The notes: a model not told the origin generated them from the letters alone. A DNA stretch of 64,000 nt from Yuukianura sp. NJ FZ-2021 (GCA_046563655.1 CM102289.1:7564001-7628000); one strand, 5' to 3'; counted from the first letter of the stretch, positions 1 through 14,675 are shown. A program made the numbers and translations.

Positions 1-25
1 AAAAAGATATTTTTTTTCAACTAAC

Positions 26-1989
26 CTTCCACTGAAGCCTCCACATCTTCCCTGTTTTGCAAATACTTTGGATCTATTCTTGGTTTGACCTCTGGATCTG
101 GACTGATCAAGGTCACTTCTCCGCGTTGTCTTGGTCGTGCATTGATCATAAAAATTTGAAAAGTGTTAAGTCCAGCAGTACTTTTCCACAGATTTTGAAT
201 CGTCGCCGGGTGAACATTGAGAGTATCTAAAAATGATTCGTACGCCATAGGTTGCGAAATTGCAACTACAGTCAGTTGGAGATCGGGCCATTGCTCTTGT
301 TTCGAAAATTTTGAGCAAACTGAACCAACTGATTTGACAAAACTTGAAGTGAGACTGCCCGTTCCTTGGGTTAAATACTGAGTCAAAGTGTTTATATTGA
401 AGTCACTTTGAAATGAAGTTGTTATGGGTTTGTCAACAGAAAACATTCCAACAATCGTTCCAACATGGTCTTGCAAATTTTGTCCTACCGGGAGATCAGC
501 CACAAGAGGAATCTGTTTTTCAAAAATTCGAAAAAAAAAATCTAAATTTTAGTCAATTTTATTATTTTATTTGACAGTTACAAACTTACTCCCAAGTTTT
601 TCAATTGTTGTCTCGGTCCGATTCCGGAAAGTATCAAAAGCTGCGGTGAATTTATAGCCCCAGCGGAAACAATTACTTCTTTTGACGCGTATGCTCTACG
701 CAAGGCGCCATGACGTATATACTCTACTCCATATGCTCGTCTGCTTTTATCTATCAAAATCTGGCAAAAAAAAGTTCAAAAATTTCAAAAAAAAAACTTT
801 TTATAAAACTTTATTTTTAATAATTTTCTAGCGCATTACCCGTACTACTTTGGAAAATTTGTAAACACTAAGCCGATGATAAGGTGAATTTTTTGCAGGT
901 TTTAGAAACGCCGCAAAATCTTCATATCGCACTCCTCTCCTTGTTGTAAAGGTAAGAGGCATGAATCCTACATTATCAAATACAAATTTTCAAAAAAAGC
1001 TAAATTTTTTTTTGAAACATTTTGTTTAACTTACCGTTGATATGATATGAATTTAAATCTGCCTCTGGATATCCAAGTTCTTGCCCCGCTTCAACAAAGG
1101 CGTTACGAAGTTCAAAATCATCAAAATTATTTTCAACAAACTGCTCGCCGCCGTGGCCGTGGTTTGGATCTAAAACGAAAATTTTGAACATGCGTGAAGT
1201 TTTAGATCCAATGACATCGTTTTTTCTTTTTTCAAAATTTTGAAAACTTTGAACTTACTGTAGTCATTGAAATCTTCAAATCCTTTGTAAAAATTTTCAA
1301 CACTTTTGTAGCTCCAAATTGGATTTTGTAACCTAGCAGCCATAGAATCAAAGTCTTTTGGATTTCCTCTCAAGTAAATCATTGCATTCAGGTTACTACT
1401 TCCACCTTCCGCTTTCCCTCGAGGCCAGTTGCTTTTCTAAAAAAAAAAATTCTTGTTAGCAATTTCAAACTTTTTTTTAAATAGTTTTCAAAGGTAAACA
1501 CAAGTTAAAATTTTGATTAAAGTAACTCCTTACTCTATCAACAAGACCCAAGCAAGCATTTCTTTGTGGAACAGTTTGATATGCCCAATCTATAGTTTCG
1601 TCTTTCTGAAACGGAAAAGCCATAAGTGGCACAGCAGTCAGAGGATTAGGCTGCCCACCGGCTTCCAAAACAAGAACTTTGAATCTTCTGGACAACCGAT
1701 TGGCCAAAACTGATCCAGAAGATCCTGAACCAACTATGACAAAAAACATTTAAAAAAATATTAATTAGCAATGTCTAATATATTATATGTAATTGTAATC
1801 AAATTCAAAATTACCAATTATAAAGTCAAAGTAGGATTCAGAATTGTATCCTCCAGCGGAAGAAACAAAATCCCGACTTCTGTCAAAGTCACTGTACTGC
1901 TGAACAAAAAGTGCCAACGTTGCTAAAGCTCCGTATGCGGCTATATTTAAAACATTTGTAGTTAGAAGCGGAAGACCAATAGCAGACAT
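26..1989 (-). CDS. GMC oxidoreductase (glucose dehydrogenase-like), 5' part; continues off the left edge
   Basis: Exons 1989-1815, 1733-1534, 1436-1259, 1169-1035, 967-840, 760-590, 512-26 join in frame at GT-AG. Motifs FDFIIVGSGSSGSVLANRLS (FAD binding), WPRGKAEGGSSNLNAMIYLRG, EVIVSAGAINSPQLLILSGIGP, DLPVGQNLQDH. Confidence 0.93.
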
Positions 1990-3024
1990 TTTCTGCTAGT
2001 TTTAAAAACTTTTCTGAAAAGTCGAAAATCTCAAAATTAAGACACACTGGATCGAGCTTCATCCGTGGAATGAGAAGAGAAAGTAGGTCAAAATTTTGTC
2101 CTACTGTCCCTTTCTGTTTGAAATTTTGAACTTCGGGTTAACTGTAAAATTTCCACATAGACTTTCCATTTTTTTGAAACATTATTCTTGATTCACAAAG
2201 TTGAGCACGACTTTTAACACCTAAGGCTAAAAATTGTAGTTTTAAATTGAAAGAATTTAAAATTGGAAAAATTTCTCCGACTTGTAGCGTGTTTATTTAC
2301 TTCAAAAGCTCTTTTCTATTTCTATTTCACTCTTCATACACAATAGAGATCAGTTTGGGGTAATTTTTTTGGTTATCTGTTGTTAAATATTTAAATCCGT
2401 AATTTACTAAATTTTTTTACTGATTAACTTTTTCTTAAATTATGTAATATTACATTTTTGTTGTTTGCTATGATAATTTTTTTATCACTTATGGTTGACA
2501 GTACTATTTTTTGTGAATTGATATTGTTTCTAAATAGATTTATATTGTTCCTTATATTTTAACTGTTCTCGTAAATTTGATATGCATGTATTTCGATTTG
2601 GGCCTAGATCAAGATCATATCTCGAGATCACGTTTTGTTTAAACGACATTTCATCTAATTCTATACAGAACATTACTAACACCATAAACATTGCACCACT
2701 AACACCTAAAACTTACATCTTCTTCGACTACTTCATGGACATTTCACAACGACAGTTAACGGTTTTAGGTAAACTCCGTAAGATGGATAAAAATGCGGCC
2801 AACCAATCAATTCTTTTAGTTTTACACGTTGTAGTCGCTTTACAAATTAAACTTTCCCGAATTTTTCAAAGTTAGCTGAGATCAAGTTGAATGCAATCGA
2901 AACTAATCTTTGCATTAGACGAATCACATTTGATAGCACCATTTCAGAATTTCAGTTTAAAGCTTACACGCTTTTTACATTTCGGCATTTACTGCGCAGG
3001 CTCAGCATATAACTGTCATGTGAT

Positions 3025-6000
3025 TTATTGTTCAAGGAGTTTCTGCATGGCGTTAAGGCTTGCTTCAAGCGCCGTTGCAAATTTAATTGTTGATGTGATT
3101 GGAGATGACTTGAATGAGGAGAGACAGAAGATGATTGATTCTTCCATGGGATTGTATGAAGCTCCATATCCATTCGGCACCACAGGTCCGTAGCCCATGA
3201 ACTGATTTTCTTTTGTTGGTAACTTTTCAAAAAAATAGTTTTTAAACAAAAACTTAAAATTTTGGTTTTGGTGCTTCAGGACTTACCTGGCTGGTTGAGA
3301 GAGCAAAGTAGTTGGCAATTGCAAACGTTTCATCTTGAAAAAGTTTTGGAACTTCTATGCCCATTTCAATTGCCTGTTCTTTGAGTCCTAGCAAATGAAT
3401 GTCAATTCCTTCTCCAGTGATGTTTTCAACCATAATCGTCGTTTGCTTTTCTACGGCTGCGTGGAATTTCCGGATTTGTTCGGTAGAGTCCGTTGTACTT
3501 GCGGTTTTGTGCATAGATTTGACCCAGTCGAGAGCTTCAATTGTGGTGGATCGGATGCAGTCTACGCGTCCAAGTTTGTAGCGACGTGTCGAGGCACTCT
3601 CGTAGGTAGCAACCATATTTTGGTGTATACTGCACGTAATCAAGGAAAAAGTAAAGCTGAAAAAGTAATTTTTAATTTTTTTGAAACAATTTTTGAAAAA
3701 ATTACCTATAATATGTAAGTTGCAAAGCAAGTTGAATGTAAACGTCTGGACTAACGCGACATTTTTTGATAAAGTTTTTCCCATAGCCGTCGTAGCGATA
3801 GACGGCCAAATCCAGATCGTGAATTAGACTGCAACGCAAAATGGAAAAAAAAAGTTCAATTTTGAAATTTGGAGATTGAAATTTCGAATTCAACACCGTC
3901 TATCCAATTTGTCATTTTTCTGTAAATTTTAATTTCCATTAGTTTAGTTGTTTCGCACCTGTCAATCGTAGATGCTGCTTTTGCAATAGCTTCTCTCGCT
4001 TCATTATTCAGAACCCACTCTAAACGAATCGGTTTTGAAATTTCTTCGCTCGATTTTCTCGTTTTTTCGACGTCATTCGATGTTTCTGTTTTAGTATCGG
4101 CCGACTCCCTGACAGACCGAATAAATTCGTCCACCAAGTTCAGAATTCCGATGCCCTCAGCAGTGGAATGTTCATAGCACAGGCCAATCGCACCGTCGGA
4201 CGATACGATAAACTAAATTCGAAAAACAAAGGAATTATAAAAAAAGGTTGATGCTTCAGTTTAGTTTTTAGTAAGAAGATTCGTTTTTGTATAACCTGCA
4301 TCGTTTTATCAAACCATCTATTGGGCGTGTTATAGTTACTCCCTCCGCCATGAATCATTTGATGCAACATGCTAGTTTCATCTCTTCCATTTTCCTGAAT
4401 CCTTAAACAATTTTTTCTAGTTGGTTTTAGCTTGCTATTGAACTGTTGAGCCGGAATGGGTTCATCGAGACAGACAATGAAGTGACAAGTTTCTATTTCC
4501 TCCAATGATTGTTTATTTACTTCCTCTAAAATGTTAAAATTTTTACAAGAAATTAAAGAAATTGACGAAATGAAGACCTAATTGTACCTGAGAACAAAAT
4601 TATGAGTGAAAATTACATACCTTCTAGTAAAATTTTTCGTGCGGCGGCCCAAACTCGTCTATCTTGAGTCGTAAGAACTCCCACAGGCTCTTCACTGTCA
4701 GCCGCTTCCAGGTCAACGATGGCTTGAAACTGACTAGCAATTTCAGATATTGTAAGACGCCTATTCACAGTTCGAATTGGACAACTAAAAAACTAAAAAC
4801 AGTTCTTGTTTTACTTTTTCCAAAGATTTCAAAATGTGTAGCTTTTGCCATTTTGCTCAAGTATGTGGATGATCATATCTTACATGTTTGCGGTATGCAA
4901 CGATGATATGATCTACAAGTGACATTGAAGTATCTCGTTGGTGATCTTTTGGAATTCCTGGTACACGATATGTACTCATGAGGCGGTAGTGTTGAGCCAT
5001 ACACAGTGGTTGACCTGGCTCCCTGCTAGCAGCTTTCTCCACTGGAATTTCATTTCTAAAAAAAAGTTCATAAAATTTTATTTACGAAAAAGTTTTCATT
5101 TAAAACAATGAACAAAAATCAACTATTTAAATCTTCAACCCGAACATTTTTACAAAGTTTTTAGGAATAAACTTGGTTGATCAAACTCAATTTTTGCTGT
5201 GGGAGCATAGAAAATTTGGGTTCCAGGAGTTTTCCTATTTTTAGTTTTGCTAATTTGAAAATCTTTTCAGTTATTCTATGAATGCCGAAATCTTTCAGGT
5301 GCCAATTAATTAACTCAAAATTTGGAATTCGAAGAAAAGTTTTCTCCGAGATTTTCGTTTTCCTTGAAATGAAGTTTTAGAACAAAAAGCAGGATGTGAA
5401 AATACCGACTTTCTTCCGTGAGAAGAACTCCCGGGAGATTTAAATGTAAATCCAAGACGAGGAGAAATAAGATCTCGTTTGTGCCGAAAAGACTCGGAAG
5501 ATCTTTGCATAAGAATAAGTTGACATAATCAGATTAGTAACTTTGGGAAGATTCCTGGACGTGTTGCGTAGGGAGAGACCGAGAATTTGTCATTGTCTCC
5601 CAGAAACAAAAGATTTCCTGCTACTTTTAGTAGATTTTATCCAATTCCAGAAGGAGCCTAACTCGAGTTTTCTGTATTCCTGGGATACCTCATCCTCCAC
5701 CGGGAAATTCAAAGATCCCGAAGTATAAGATGCAAAAGGGGGAAGAAATTGTAGATTCACCGGGACGAATCGGAAAGAGTTCCCGTGGGAATTGGGCTTA
5801 AGATCACTTCAGCCTAAGCCTCAGCTTTCTCCTCCTAACAAACCGAACTCCTAACCCTAACTTTCTCCATTCCCTACGCTAGGCTAGGTTACTAACATAA
5901 CCTTTCGACCTCACAACCAGTCGAAATGGATTAGACTGTTCCCTCTTCAGCTTCTGGGAAATGGGGATCAGCAAGTCCCCCGCCAAAAGTCAAATTGGAC

Positions 6001-7097
6001 ATCAAACAAACACCATTCAAAGCCATATATCCTCCGTAGCACAGCTCATTTCCAGAAGACAACGGACCAGAAAATAAGAAAAACTGCAGAAAAAGTACAT
6101 ACGTTTAAAAGAAATGAAAAATTTTCGGTATTCCCACCTGATCACAAACAATCACTTACGTCTTATTTAAGTTATTTAGCAAACATTTTCAAATTTTGCC
6201 CAAAAATAAAAATTGTTGTAAATCGAGAGAAATTGGTTTTGTAAGATTGCTGGAAAATGGACAGAATTTTCCGTTTTTGAAGTTAAGTGGTGCAAAATTG
6301 AACAAAATTGTGTGACGTAGGAATAAAACTTTGAAGCCTAAAATAGATTTGACATTTGAATTTTTGAAAAGTTCAAAAAAATTTTTTTCCTCTGAATGTT
6401 TTTTTGAATTTTGAATGAACGGATTGATCAATTGAGTAAAGTGGTTAAGTGACTTGAAGTTGCTTGAATTCTAAAAGTGTAGGTTGAATTGGGCTACTTT
6501 TGATGCATAACTTAGTAAATCCATTAGTCTGCCCATCCTTTTCTCCGTTACCTGTCAAGCTTATCCTTGAAATCCAGCATAAAGGAAGTAAGTTTTGCGG
6601 CAAATTGGAGCTGCTGATCCTGTGACGCAAATGACTGAACAGGCCAAACCCCGCCAGGATTTGAATTGATTGGTAAACAAAGCGGGTTGTTCATGTACAT
6701 GTCGTGGAGCCACCAGTCCACCGCCTAGGGTAAATAATTTGTTAAAAGTTTTCTTTCAGGTTTAATTAATCAAGTCAATTTATGTTGGAAGAGTTAATTA
6801 ACTTGGAGCTGGAACAAATTATTATTAATGAACTTTTTGAACAAACTTTTAAAATTTTGGATTCATTAGAGCTATTTTTAATACTTCATTCACGTTGGCT
6901 CATACCCAATTTTTCTGGCGCAAACGGCGTTCGTGCAGTTGATTTTGAATTTGAGGCCCTTCATTTTCGAGCAAATCCACCGCAAGTTTTTGAACATTTT
7001 CGAATTGTGCTTCAGTTAGTATTGGATGCACAGCTTCCAAGTACCTCTGCAACGTTTTCTCTAGTTCCGGTATTGGCAATTTTGGTAAATCCGGTTG
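3025..7097 (-). CDS. ChAT: choline O-acetyltransferase, all coding exons except the start-bearing exon
   Basis: Exons 7097-6906, 6724-6552, 5055-4884, 4792-4621, 4525-4296, 4212-3959, 3828-3706, 3629-3287, 3222-3025 splice in frame. Motifs LPKLPIPEL, WWLHDMY..LPINSNPG, NRWFDKTMQ, catalytic CYEHSTAEG, TYESAS, LSTSQ, YGPV..GYG.SY. VAChT lies upstream on the same strand. Confidence 0.93.
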
Positions 7098-7337
7098 CTA
7101 AAATTCAACACAAAATGAATTTTTATTTGTGCATTTACCTAATGTTAACTTTGGAAAATGCACAACTCATAAGTCCTTAATTTTCGCCTTAAAAAGTGAA
7201 TTCAGGATAATTTTAAAAAATGTAGCTCTTTATTTTGGTTTTCTTTTCGTTTTTTCCCGAGAGTTGGTAGAAATAATGAGCCTTGTTGTGTGTAACTTCA
7301 AAAATTGATTCAAAAAGATTTGAAAAAAAAATTTTCC

Positions 7338-7409
7338 TGCATTTGCCGAGATTCGAACTCGGATCTATTGCTTGGAAGGCAACAATGCTAACCCTTACAC
7401 CACAAATGC
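7338..7409 (-). tRNA. tRNA-Gly, anticodon TCC
   Basis: GCATTTG/CAAATGC acceptor stem, GTTGC-CTTCCAA-GCAAT anticodon arm, CCGAG-TTCGAAT-CTCGG T arm, 72 nt, followed by a T-run Pol III terminator. Confidence 0.93.
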
Positions 7410-10400
7410 TTTGGTTAGAAGAGACACAACTCTTTCCTCTACTCATACGAGCCAACGCTCAAATACGTAACACTTTGCTCCATACAACCTCAACAGAAGG
7501 TTACAACTTTCACCTTAATTACTGTAAAATGACTTTCACTTTCAGTGTAATTACATGTTATTTAACATTATAAGCAATGTAAATAGTAGTATTATGCTAA
7601 ATAACTGAAGTTACCCTGTTTCTGATTGGTGTAGAAGTGGAGTAGTGCCTAAACCCATAAGGTTTACAGGCCTTTGGAAGGAACAGGAACAGAAGAGTGC
7701 GGACACAACGACTGATGTTGGGGAGAAACGTAATGGGTTCATAGGGAAAACGAAAAGAAAACAAAAGGGAAGTGTACTTGGACGAGTAACTGGATACTAC
7801 CCTCGTCCTATCCACTTTCCACAACGTTTCCAATTGTGGAGAACCTAATGGGCTTTGGATTTCTGTCTAGAAGTACTGCCAGTACTTAGGTTTACTAACA
7901 TTGCAGTTGCTTTGAAGATACCACTTTCTCCTGTATCCTGGAAGGAACCATAGCCTAGGTACTTCCTACCTCCAGACTCTGTATATCCCATTGATCCGGG
8001 AGAAAGTAAAGTGAAAACCCGGGTTTTTACAAAATTGTATCATCCGACCACGGCTAATTCCAATTTCACCTTCTCACAAAGATGAAACATCAAATGTCAT
8101 AATTTCATTACAACTAAAAACAAAACTCCACAAAACTAAAAGTCTACTTCAATTATCAATTTGAACCAACTTTGGAGGCCCAAAGGCCAATTACTTTGGA
8201 AAAGTTTATAGTTCAAAAAACTTCCAAGTTTCTACTCGTACAAGTAATGTAACAGACATAATTGCAATTACGGTGAAACAGTTTTTGGTAAGAACGTAGT
8301 CATGTTTGCGAAAAAAAAATGTACAGAGTTGATACCTACATAAAACTAATTGGCTTGCGGCAACTTTCTCTTTTATCAGAAAAAAAAACGCGCCAAAAGG
8401 TTATGTTTGAAAAAGAAAACTTGTTTCACCACGAAAATATTTACCTTTTACAAAATGTCTTCAGTTTTATTAACGGTGAAAATTGACGGATGAAAATACT
8501 GAAACTGTTTGTGTTGAAATTTCAAAATTTGACGTGTCAAAATGGTGAAAAATTATTTCCCTATTTTGCAATAAATAATGTTTCAATTGTAGAAAACAAT
8601 GGACAACGATTGTGCGTTTCTCTTTTTCACCTTTCGAAAAAAGTTTGAACAGGAGAAGTTTTTTTTATCAAAGTTTCGAAAATTCTCGCTCATGTTTTTT
8701 CCGTCAAACATCGTCCTGGAACTTTTCGGTCCTTAGAAACATCACTCAATTATTTATTCCCCTTCCAAATTGGAAACTTTTTTTTCTACTGCAAGTTCTA
8801 TCGATTCGTTCGTCTGTTTTCAGGTCAAATGGAACTACCGTGTGTCTGAGTCCTTTCCAAAAAAAAAGTTCGTACTTTCCCGCTTGTTTTCCTTATTGCT
8901 ACAAAAAATACAATTGACACATCACATCCTTCCTGCTCGGGGAGAAAGCAGACTAGATAGAAGTTGTTCCGTGATCATTATCAATACATCTTCCCCCTAC
9001 TTCACTTCTCTCGAATGGAAGAGACATGAAAGTTTAAAAACTTTTTCAAAAACTAAAATGCAATCAAAAAAGTAAAAAACGGGTGAAAATGGAAAGTCAT
9101 TTTTCCTTTCATCCGGATCTGCTGAAGACAAGGATGAAACACGGAAGAAAAGAAAAGTTAAGCCGGAAGTCTTTTCTTTCGTCTAGATTTTCTGCTTAGC
9201 ACTTTTCCAAATCCTCGTACAATCTAAAAACGTATTCATTTTGGTTTGTACTTTAGAACATCCATTTATTATCCAAAGTGTCACAGACATGTCGACATTT
9301 GCAGAAAAAATTCAAAATGTGGAAACAAAAATTACAACTTAAGAATTTTTCCTTCTTTTCAGCCATTTGGCTTCTACTGAGTCTTTTTTTTTCATATTTT
9401 GAAACAATTTAGATCTGAATTTCAAAAAATAGTCAAAAAATCTTTCTAAAAAATATTTCAAGAGTCATGTTTAAGAAACTGTGGTATATAAGACTCAGAA
9501 TAACTTAAGATAGTAGTAGGTTGTGGTTAACTTTGTGTAAGGTTAAATTAGGCATACGAATGTCAAGTGACCTGGGGCACTTAAGGCCTTAAGTGCAATA
9601 TGAAACTGTGTACAGTGTCCATCTACACGTCCATTCTTTACAAAGGGAAGGAAAACATTAGAATTTATTTGTTCTCCGAAAGTTTACTTTTCTTTGGTAC
9701 TGTTTTCTTTTTCTATTTGACAAACACGAAGAGAAAGTCCACTCTCTTGAAGCGAAAACAAACAGAGCCAAGGGAAAGTCAATGTCTGTGAGACAAAAAA
9801 AAAGCCCGGGAGTTTTGAACCTGGTGGCGGGAGTTGTTCGTTGTGTTTGGAATGATGATGAGATGGTTGATGGAAGATCTAATGGGAACATATCATGATG
9901 GAACAACCAGGGGAAAATAATGTTTTGTGAAAAAGTGAGAAGCATAACATGGATTTTTCCCGGGTAAAATATGATGGGAACCTCGGCATGTGGTCTCCTT
10001 CACCCTATAGTACTTTTCTCGCATTTTATATCCATCTCTGTCACTTTCTCCCTCCCACCTTTCCCTTGTATTGTTTTCCTCTTTCCTGACACTGGACTTC
10101 CTGGAAGGTAGCAAAAGTGTCTCGAGTCTCTTCCGAAACAGAATTTTTGTTAGGTTGCAAAAGTTATACTAAAGTGGAAGTTAGGTTAAGGGCGTGGTCT
10201 GTTTTTATGTTTAGAGGTTTTGGTAAAAGGGCTCTTTCCGGTACTGGGCCATAAACGCTTCTTAAAGTGTAGTTAGGAACATAAGTTATGCTTATGCGTT
10301 GATCCATGGCGATACTCTTGACAGGGTGAATTGGTCGGAAGGAGGGAACTTTTGAAAGTTGGAATTGGTTGGGGGAAGACAATTTAAGTGTCTCACATTA

Positions 10401-13400
10401 ATGTAATCCCATTTTTACCATTATTAGGGCTTTGGAACTCGATCCATTCCAGAACCTTAATGTGCAAAAAGCATTAAGGACCCCGCTCTGCGGTTTTCCA
10501 CTGCACAAGGAAACGCACAAATTCATTTCCTTTTTCCTTTCACTTGTCTTTACACGATGCGGTAGCTCGAGCTTTCAAATTTTTAATTTTAAAAACTTCG
10601 GTGAAAGTTATTGATAACAAATAATTTAAATTTTTCGAAATTTTAGTTTATTTAGTGTCAAAATTTTTTAGTTTAGTAATCTTATTCAAAGTTAAAAAAA
10701 ATTAAATTCTGAAATAATTTATTTTTCATTAGGAATGAAAGGAAATTATGAAATGAATATGAAATGATGAGTTGAAGTGGATTTTTAATAAGATTGAAGC
10801 AAAAACCCAATCAAACGTAAGAGCGTGCGTGCTTAACAACGAAATAGGCAGAATGACTAGCCCTGTCAAGCGGAAGCACTTGAGACTTTGACATGGCCCA
10901 CTTGTCTTGAATAATATTTTGTCAAAGGGTAAGAGGGTGGACAAAGGTAAGGTTATTGGTTAGGTTGCTATGCGTTATGTTGGTGAAAGTGGGGTTAGAG
11001 ACGTAAATGACAAGAGGTTTTTGGAGTACATCATTCCACTTGGGGAAACAAAGGGAAACTTTCTCCCTTTCATCCACGTTGCTCCCTTTAACAAAGGAAA
11101 CAAAAGACAAAGGGCAATTGCGCCAGTTTCAAATTTCCAGAAGCATCCGATTCGAATTCTCGCGGTTTTCTCTCCGCGTTTCAATGGAATGTCGGTGACA
11201 AATCGTTGTAGCAAAAATACCTCTCGGGTTTTTCTCGCTCAATTCCAACAAAATGTAAAGAAAAAGAAAATTTCACAAACAATTTTCTTTGCAAAGAAAT
11301 CCATTTGAGTGAAGTGGTGAAAGTGGAAGAGAAAGTTGGCAAAAGTTTGGAAACGAACACAAAAACTGTTTCACGTTCTTGAAGAACGAGCCGCCCACAC
11401 GCGAAATTTCACGTTAGATGAAAAAAAAAGCGTGAAAAATGTATCCACCCTTACCTTGTCTTCTGGTTGATAGATTTGACCAAGGCCGGATGTCACTAGG
11501 GACGACGCCCGAGTGAGAATCCGGCCCGGGAATTTGGCAACATTTCCGCGCCAACCTGTAAAAACGAAAAAAAAAGTTGGCATGAGGAGAAAGTTTTTTA
11601 CTTTTACTTTCAAAAACTTTTTTTGTGACATTAGACGGGCATGAATTCTGAAAGAAATTTTTTCAAATAAAATTTCTTGCACATAAAATATTCTCGTTTT
11701 TCTCCAGCGGAAGCTCAAATTTTGTATCTTCCGGGTAAATTTGGGGTCGTGTGTTGTGAAGTGAAAGTCCAGGCGGAACAGAGTCCAATTGAGAGATAAA
11801 GAAGAGAAATGTAACGATGTCCCATTGAGGTTACGTGGTTCGAATATGAAATCACACGGATTTCCAACCCTCTTTAGCCTTTTACAAAAGTCTTTCAACT
11901 TTTTTTTACTTTTACAAAAAGTTTACTTTCCGCTTGCTTTCTTCTTCGCTCAGTTAGGCTTCCATGTCAGGTTTGTAGAAAGATTTAGAATTCCCCGTCG
12001 GTTGGGGGTTTGGATTTCTTTAGATGGCAAAAGAAAAGCTAAAAACTAACTTTTCCATCATCAAGGGATTTTGGACTTTGGCACTCAAAAGAAAAAGGGC
12101 GTAGGCTCAAACGCAGGTTGGCTTATTCTTTTTTCATTGAACTCAAAATCTCAAACAAAATTGACCTTAAGAGACACGTAACTAAACCTAAAGCAAATAT
12201 GATTTCACAAAAAAAAAATATAGAAATAACACTAAAAGAAATTTTTTGATTCCATACGTAGATATTGTACAGTTTTGTTCAGGTTGGTTAATGTAGATTG
12301 TCAATTTCTTGTAATTTGTATTCATTGTTGTTCTTTTTCCTGGTAAAAATTTGTGTAATGTTAGGAAATGTTTCCAGCAAAAATTAAAAAAGTTTGAAGG
12401 TTAATATGTCGTTTGGCCTAGGAGGAATTTGTCATGCGTGTTTTGGAATTTTAACAAAGAGTTTATTGGTGGTAAGCATTTGAGTTAATTGTTAAATGCT
12501 AACTAAGGTAGCAATTATTTAAACCTAAGTTTACTCAAGGGGAACCCGAGAGGTATGGGCTTTCTTCCGGAACGACTAAACTTACAAAAGTAGTGTCATT
12601 TAATTCCTATGACTCAACTACAGAGTATTTAGCCCTGACTTTTTATGAAAAATGCGTAACAATTAAACCACTGTAATTAAGAAAGGAGAGGATTTCCTTC
12701 TACCGCCTTGGCCTAGTCCCTTTTGCACGCATGAACTTCAAACTTTTGTTAATTTATACTCAAACCACAATTTCGTGAGTGAAATGATCATGTTACGCCA
12801 CTGAGCACACAGACCTCATTGCGTCGAATAAAAAATTTTGATTTTGCAATTCTTATTTTGAATGACACTAAACAAGATACGTAAATTCGTATTAATTTTT
12901 CATTCTAAATCACTGCAACTGCGGTTAAATAACTCTGTTCCAAAATCACAGGACGATCTTTGTGACAAATACTGATAATTTGAAAGAAAAACCACATGAG
13001 TATAATTTCATGATTGACAAACGACAACAATCTTTCGCCTAACCGCATTCAGACGATTTAACTCTTATCCTTTTTTTTTAACCGCAAGTTTTATCATAAC
13101 ACTAAAATTAAATCTCAAATAATTAGCCCTTCTTTTTAATTGCTGTGTATATAACCAAAAACAGAAGCTAACTGAGGCATTGCTTTGCTTTGCGTTGAAA
13201 ACTTAAAATTTACTTACGCTTTTAGGTTCTGAAACTGAAGTTTCAAAAAACAAGAACAGAGTTGTTGAGGTGTTCAAAATTTTTGGTAAGTCGCGCCTTT
13301 AATTAACCTAATTTCAAGCACTTATTTCATTTAAATTAAGTTAAATAAAATCCAGTTAGGCAATTCGATTTGATTTTATGCAAAGAAAAATGTATTTGGT

Positions 13401-14209
13401 AACCGATACGCTCTACTGAACTTTATTATGCGTAATGCAAAAAACGTACAAAAAAAATGACGTTTCCGCTTATTGCATGGCCTAGACATATTGCACTAAA
13501 TGAAATTTTGAAATATCATTTTTCAAATCAAAATTTTTTGTCATTTTAATTTCTAACTTATTTGTTTGAATTAGTAAATGAAAGTACAAAGTAAACAATT
13601 CCGCAAAATAATTTGTTTAATTCTTATGATAATCTTCAAAATTATAAGTTGTGGAGATTGGTTTGCTGAAATTGCGAAATTCACAATGAGGTTGTTAGCT
13701 CCCGTGCAAACTGTATTGTAATGTTTATTGTTTTGATTATGTACATGAAATTTTTGAGTAATAATTTTGAAGGAAAGGTTATAGGTTATTATTTAAAATT
13801 GCGGAAACTGTTGACATGTTATCCCTGGGAAGACCATTGTCACTTTTCGGTTTCTTGACTTCAACAATGGCTTTGCAGAGACCTCGGCACCACTTCCCCT
13901 TTTTATGAGTATAACGTTTAGTATATGTTAACAACTAAACGTCTTAAGGGTGTGTACCCACAAAACAACTGAATTGTATCTTATACACGTCCTCCTTCGT
14001 CCTTCCTAACACATTTACGGAGACATAACCTAGTCGTCCTAATCATAGTCATCAGGGATGCGGTTTCTAATTCTCCTTTGTTTCAAAATCTAGCCACTAC
14101 TTTTCCATTTACATCACACAACCCAACCATTGACGACATTTTCAACGCAAGGTTTACGGAATTTGTACTTGGAGCCACCAGTGGCCTATGCTGGCCAATG
14201 GGATTCTAG

Positions 14210-14249
14210 TATATAAGCCACCGAGACGCGTAAACTTAGCAAGTCAGTT
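14210..14249 (+). promoter_or_regulatory. TATA box and Initiator of the GGY-rich peptide gene
   Basis: TATATAA at 14210-14216, TCAGTT at 14244-14249, ATG at 14298. Confidence 0.65.
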
Positions 14250-14297
14250 CAAATCTACATTCCTCATCCATTTCTCCAATTCCCACTTTTGCCAAAA

Positions 14298-14675
14298 ATG
14301 GCCAAACTTTTCGTGAGTTCAAAAAATTTAAGTGAACTTTTTCGCTCAAAAAACTTTTGAAACTTTACTTTTTAATTTTGTTTTGTGCAGACACTTTTTG
14401 CTGTTCTTGCGCTCGTCGCAATTACCTTCGCTGCCCCCGCTGCAGAAGAAAAACCTGCAGAAAAGAAGGAAGGTGACCTCCAAACTGCCAGCTCCTTCTA
14501 TGGTGGTTACGGTGGCCTCTACGGTGGCTATGGAGGGTACGGTGGCTACGGATATGGATTTCCATACGGTGGCTACGGAGGCTACGGTGGCTATGGATTT
14601 GGGTATCCAGGATTCTACCGTGGCTATGGATACGGTTTTGGCGGATTTCCATTCTACGGTGGATACTACGGTTAA
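14298..14675 (+). CDS. secreted Gly/Tyr-rich (GGY-repeat) peptide, 99 aa
   Basis: Exon 14298-14312 (MAKLF), intron GTGAGT..TGCAG 14313-14390, exon 14391-14675. Signal peptide, charged spacer ending DLQTASS, then GGY/YGG repeats. AATAAA at 14828. Confidence 0.88.

Noticed and set aside
7597..13900. Many 60-175 aa ORFs upstream of the ChAT coding exons
   Set aside because: F/K/L-rich translations of AT-rich DNA, often with non-ATG starts, and no motifs or consistent splice signals.
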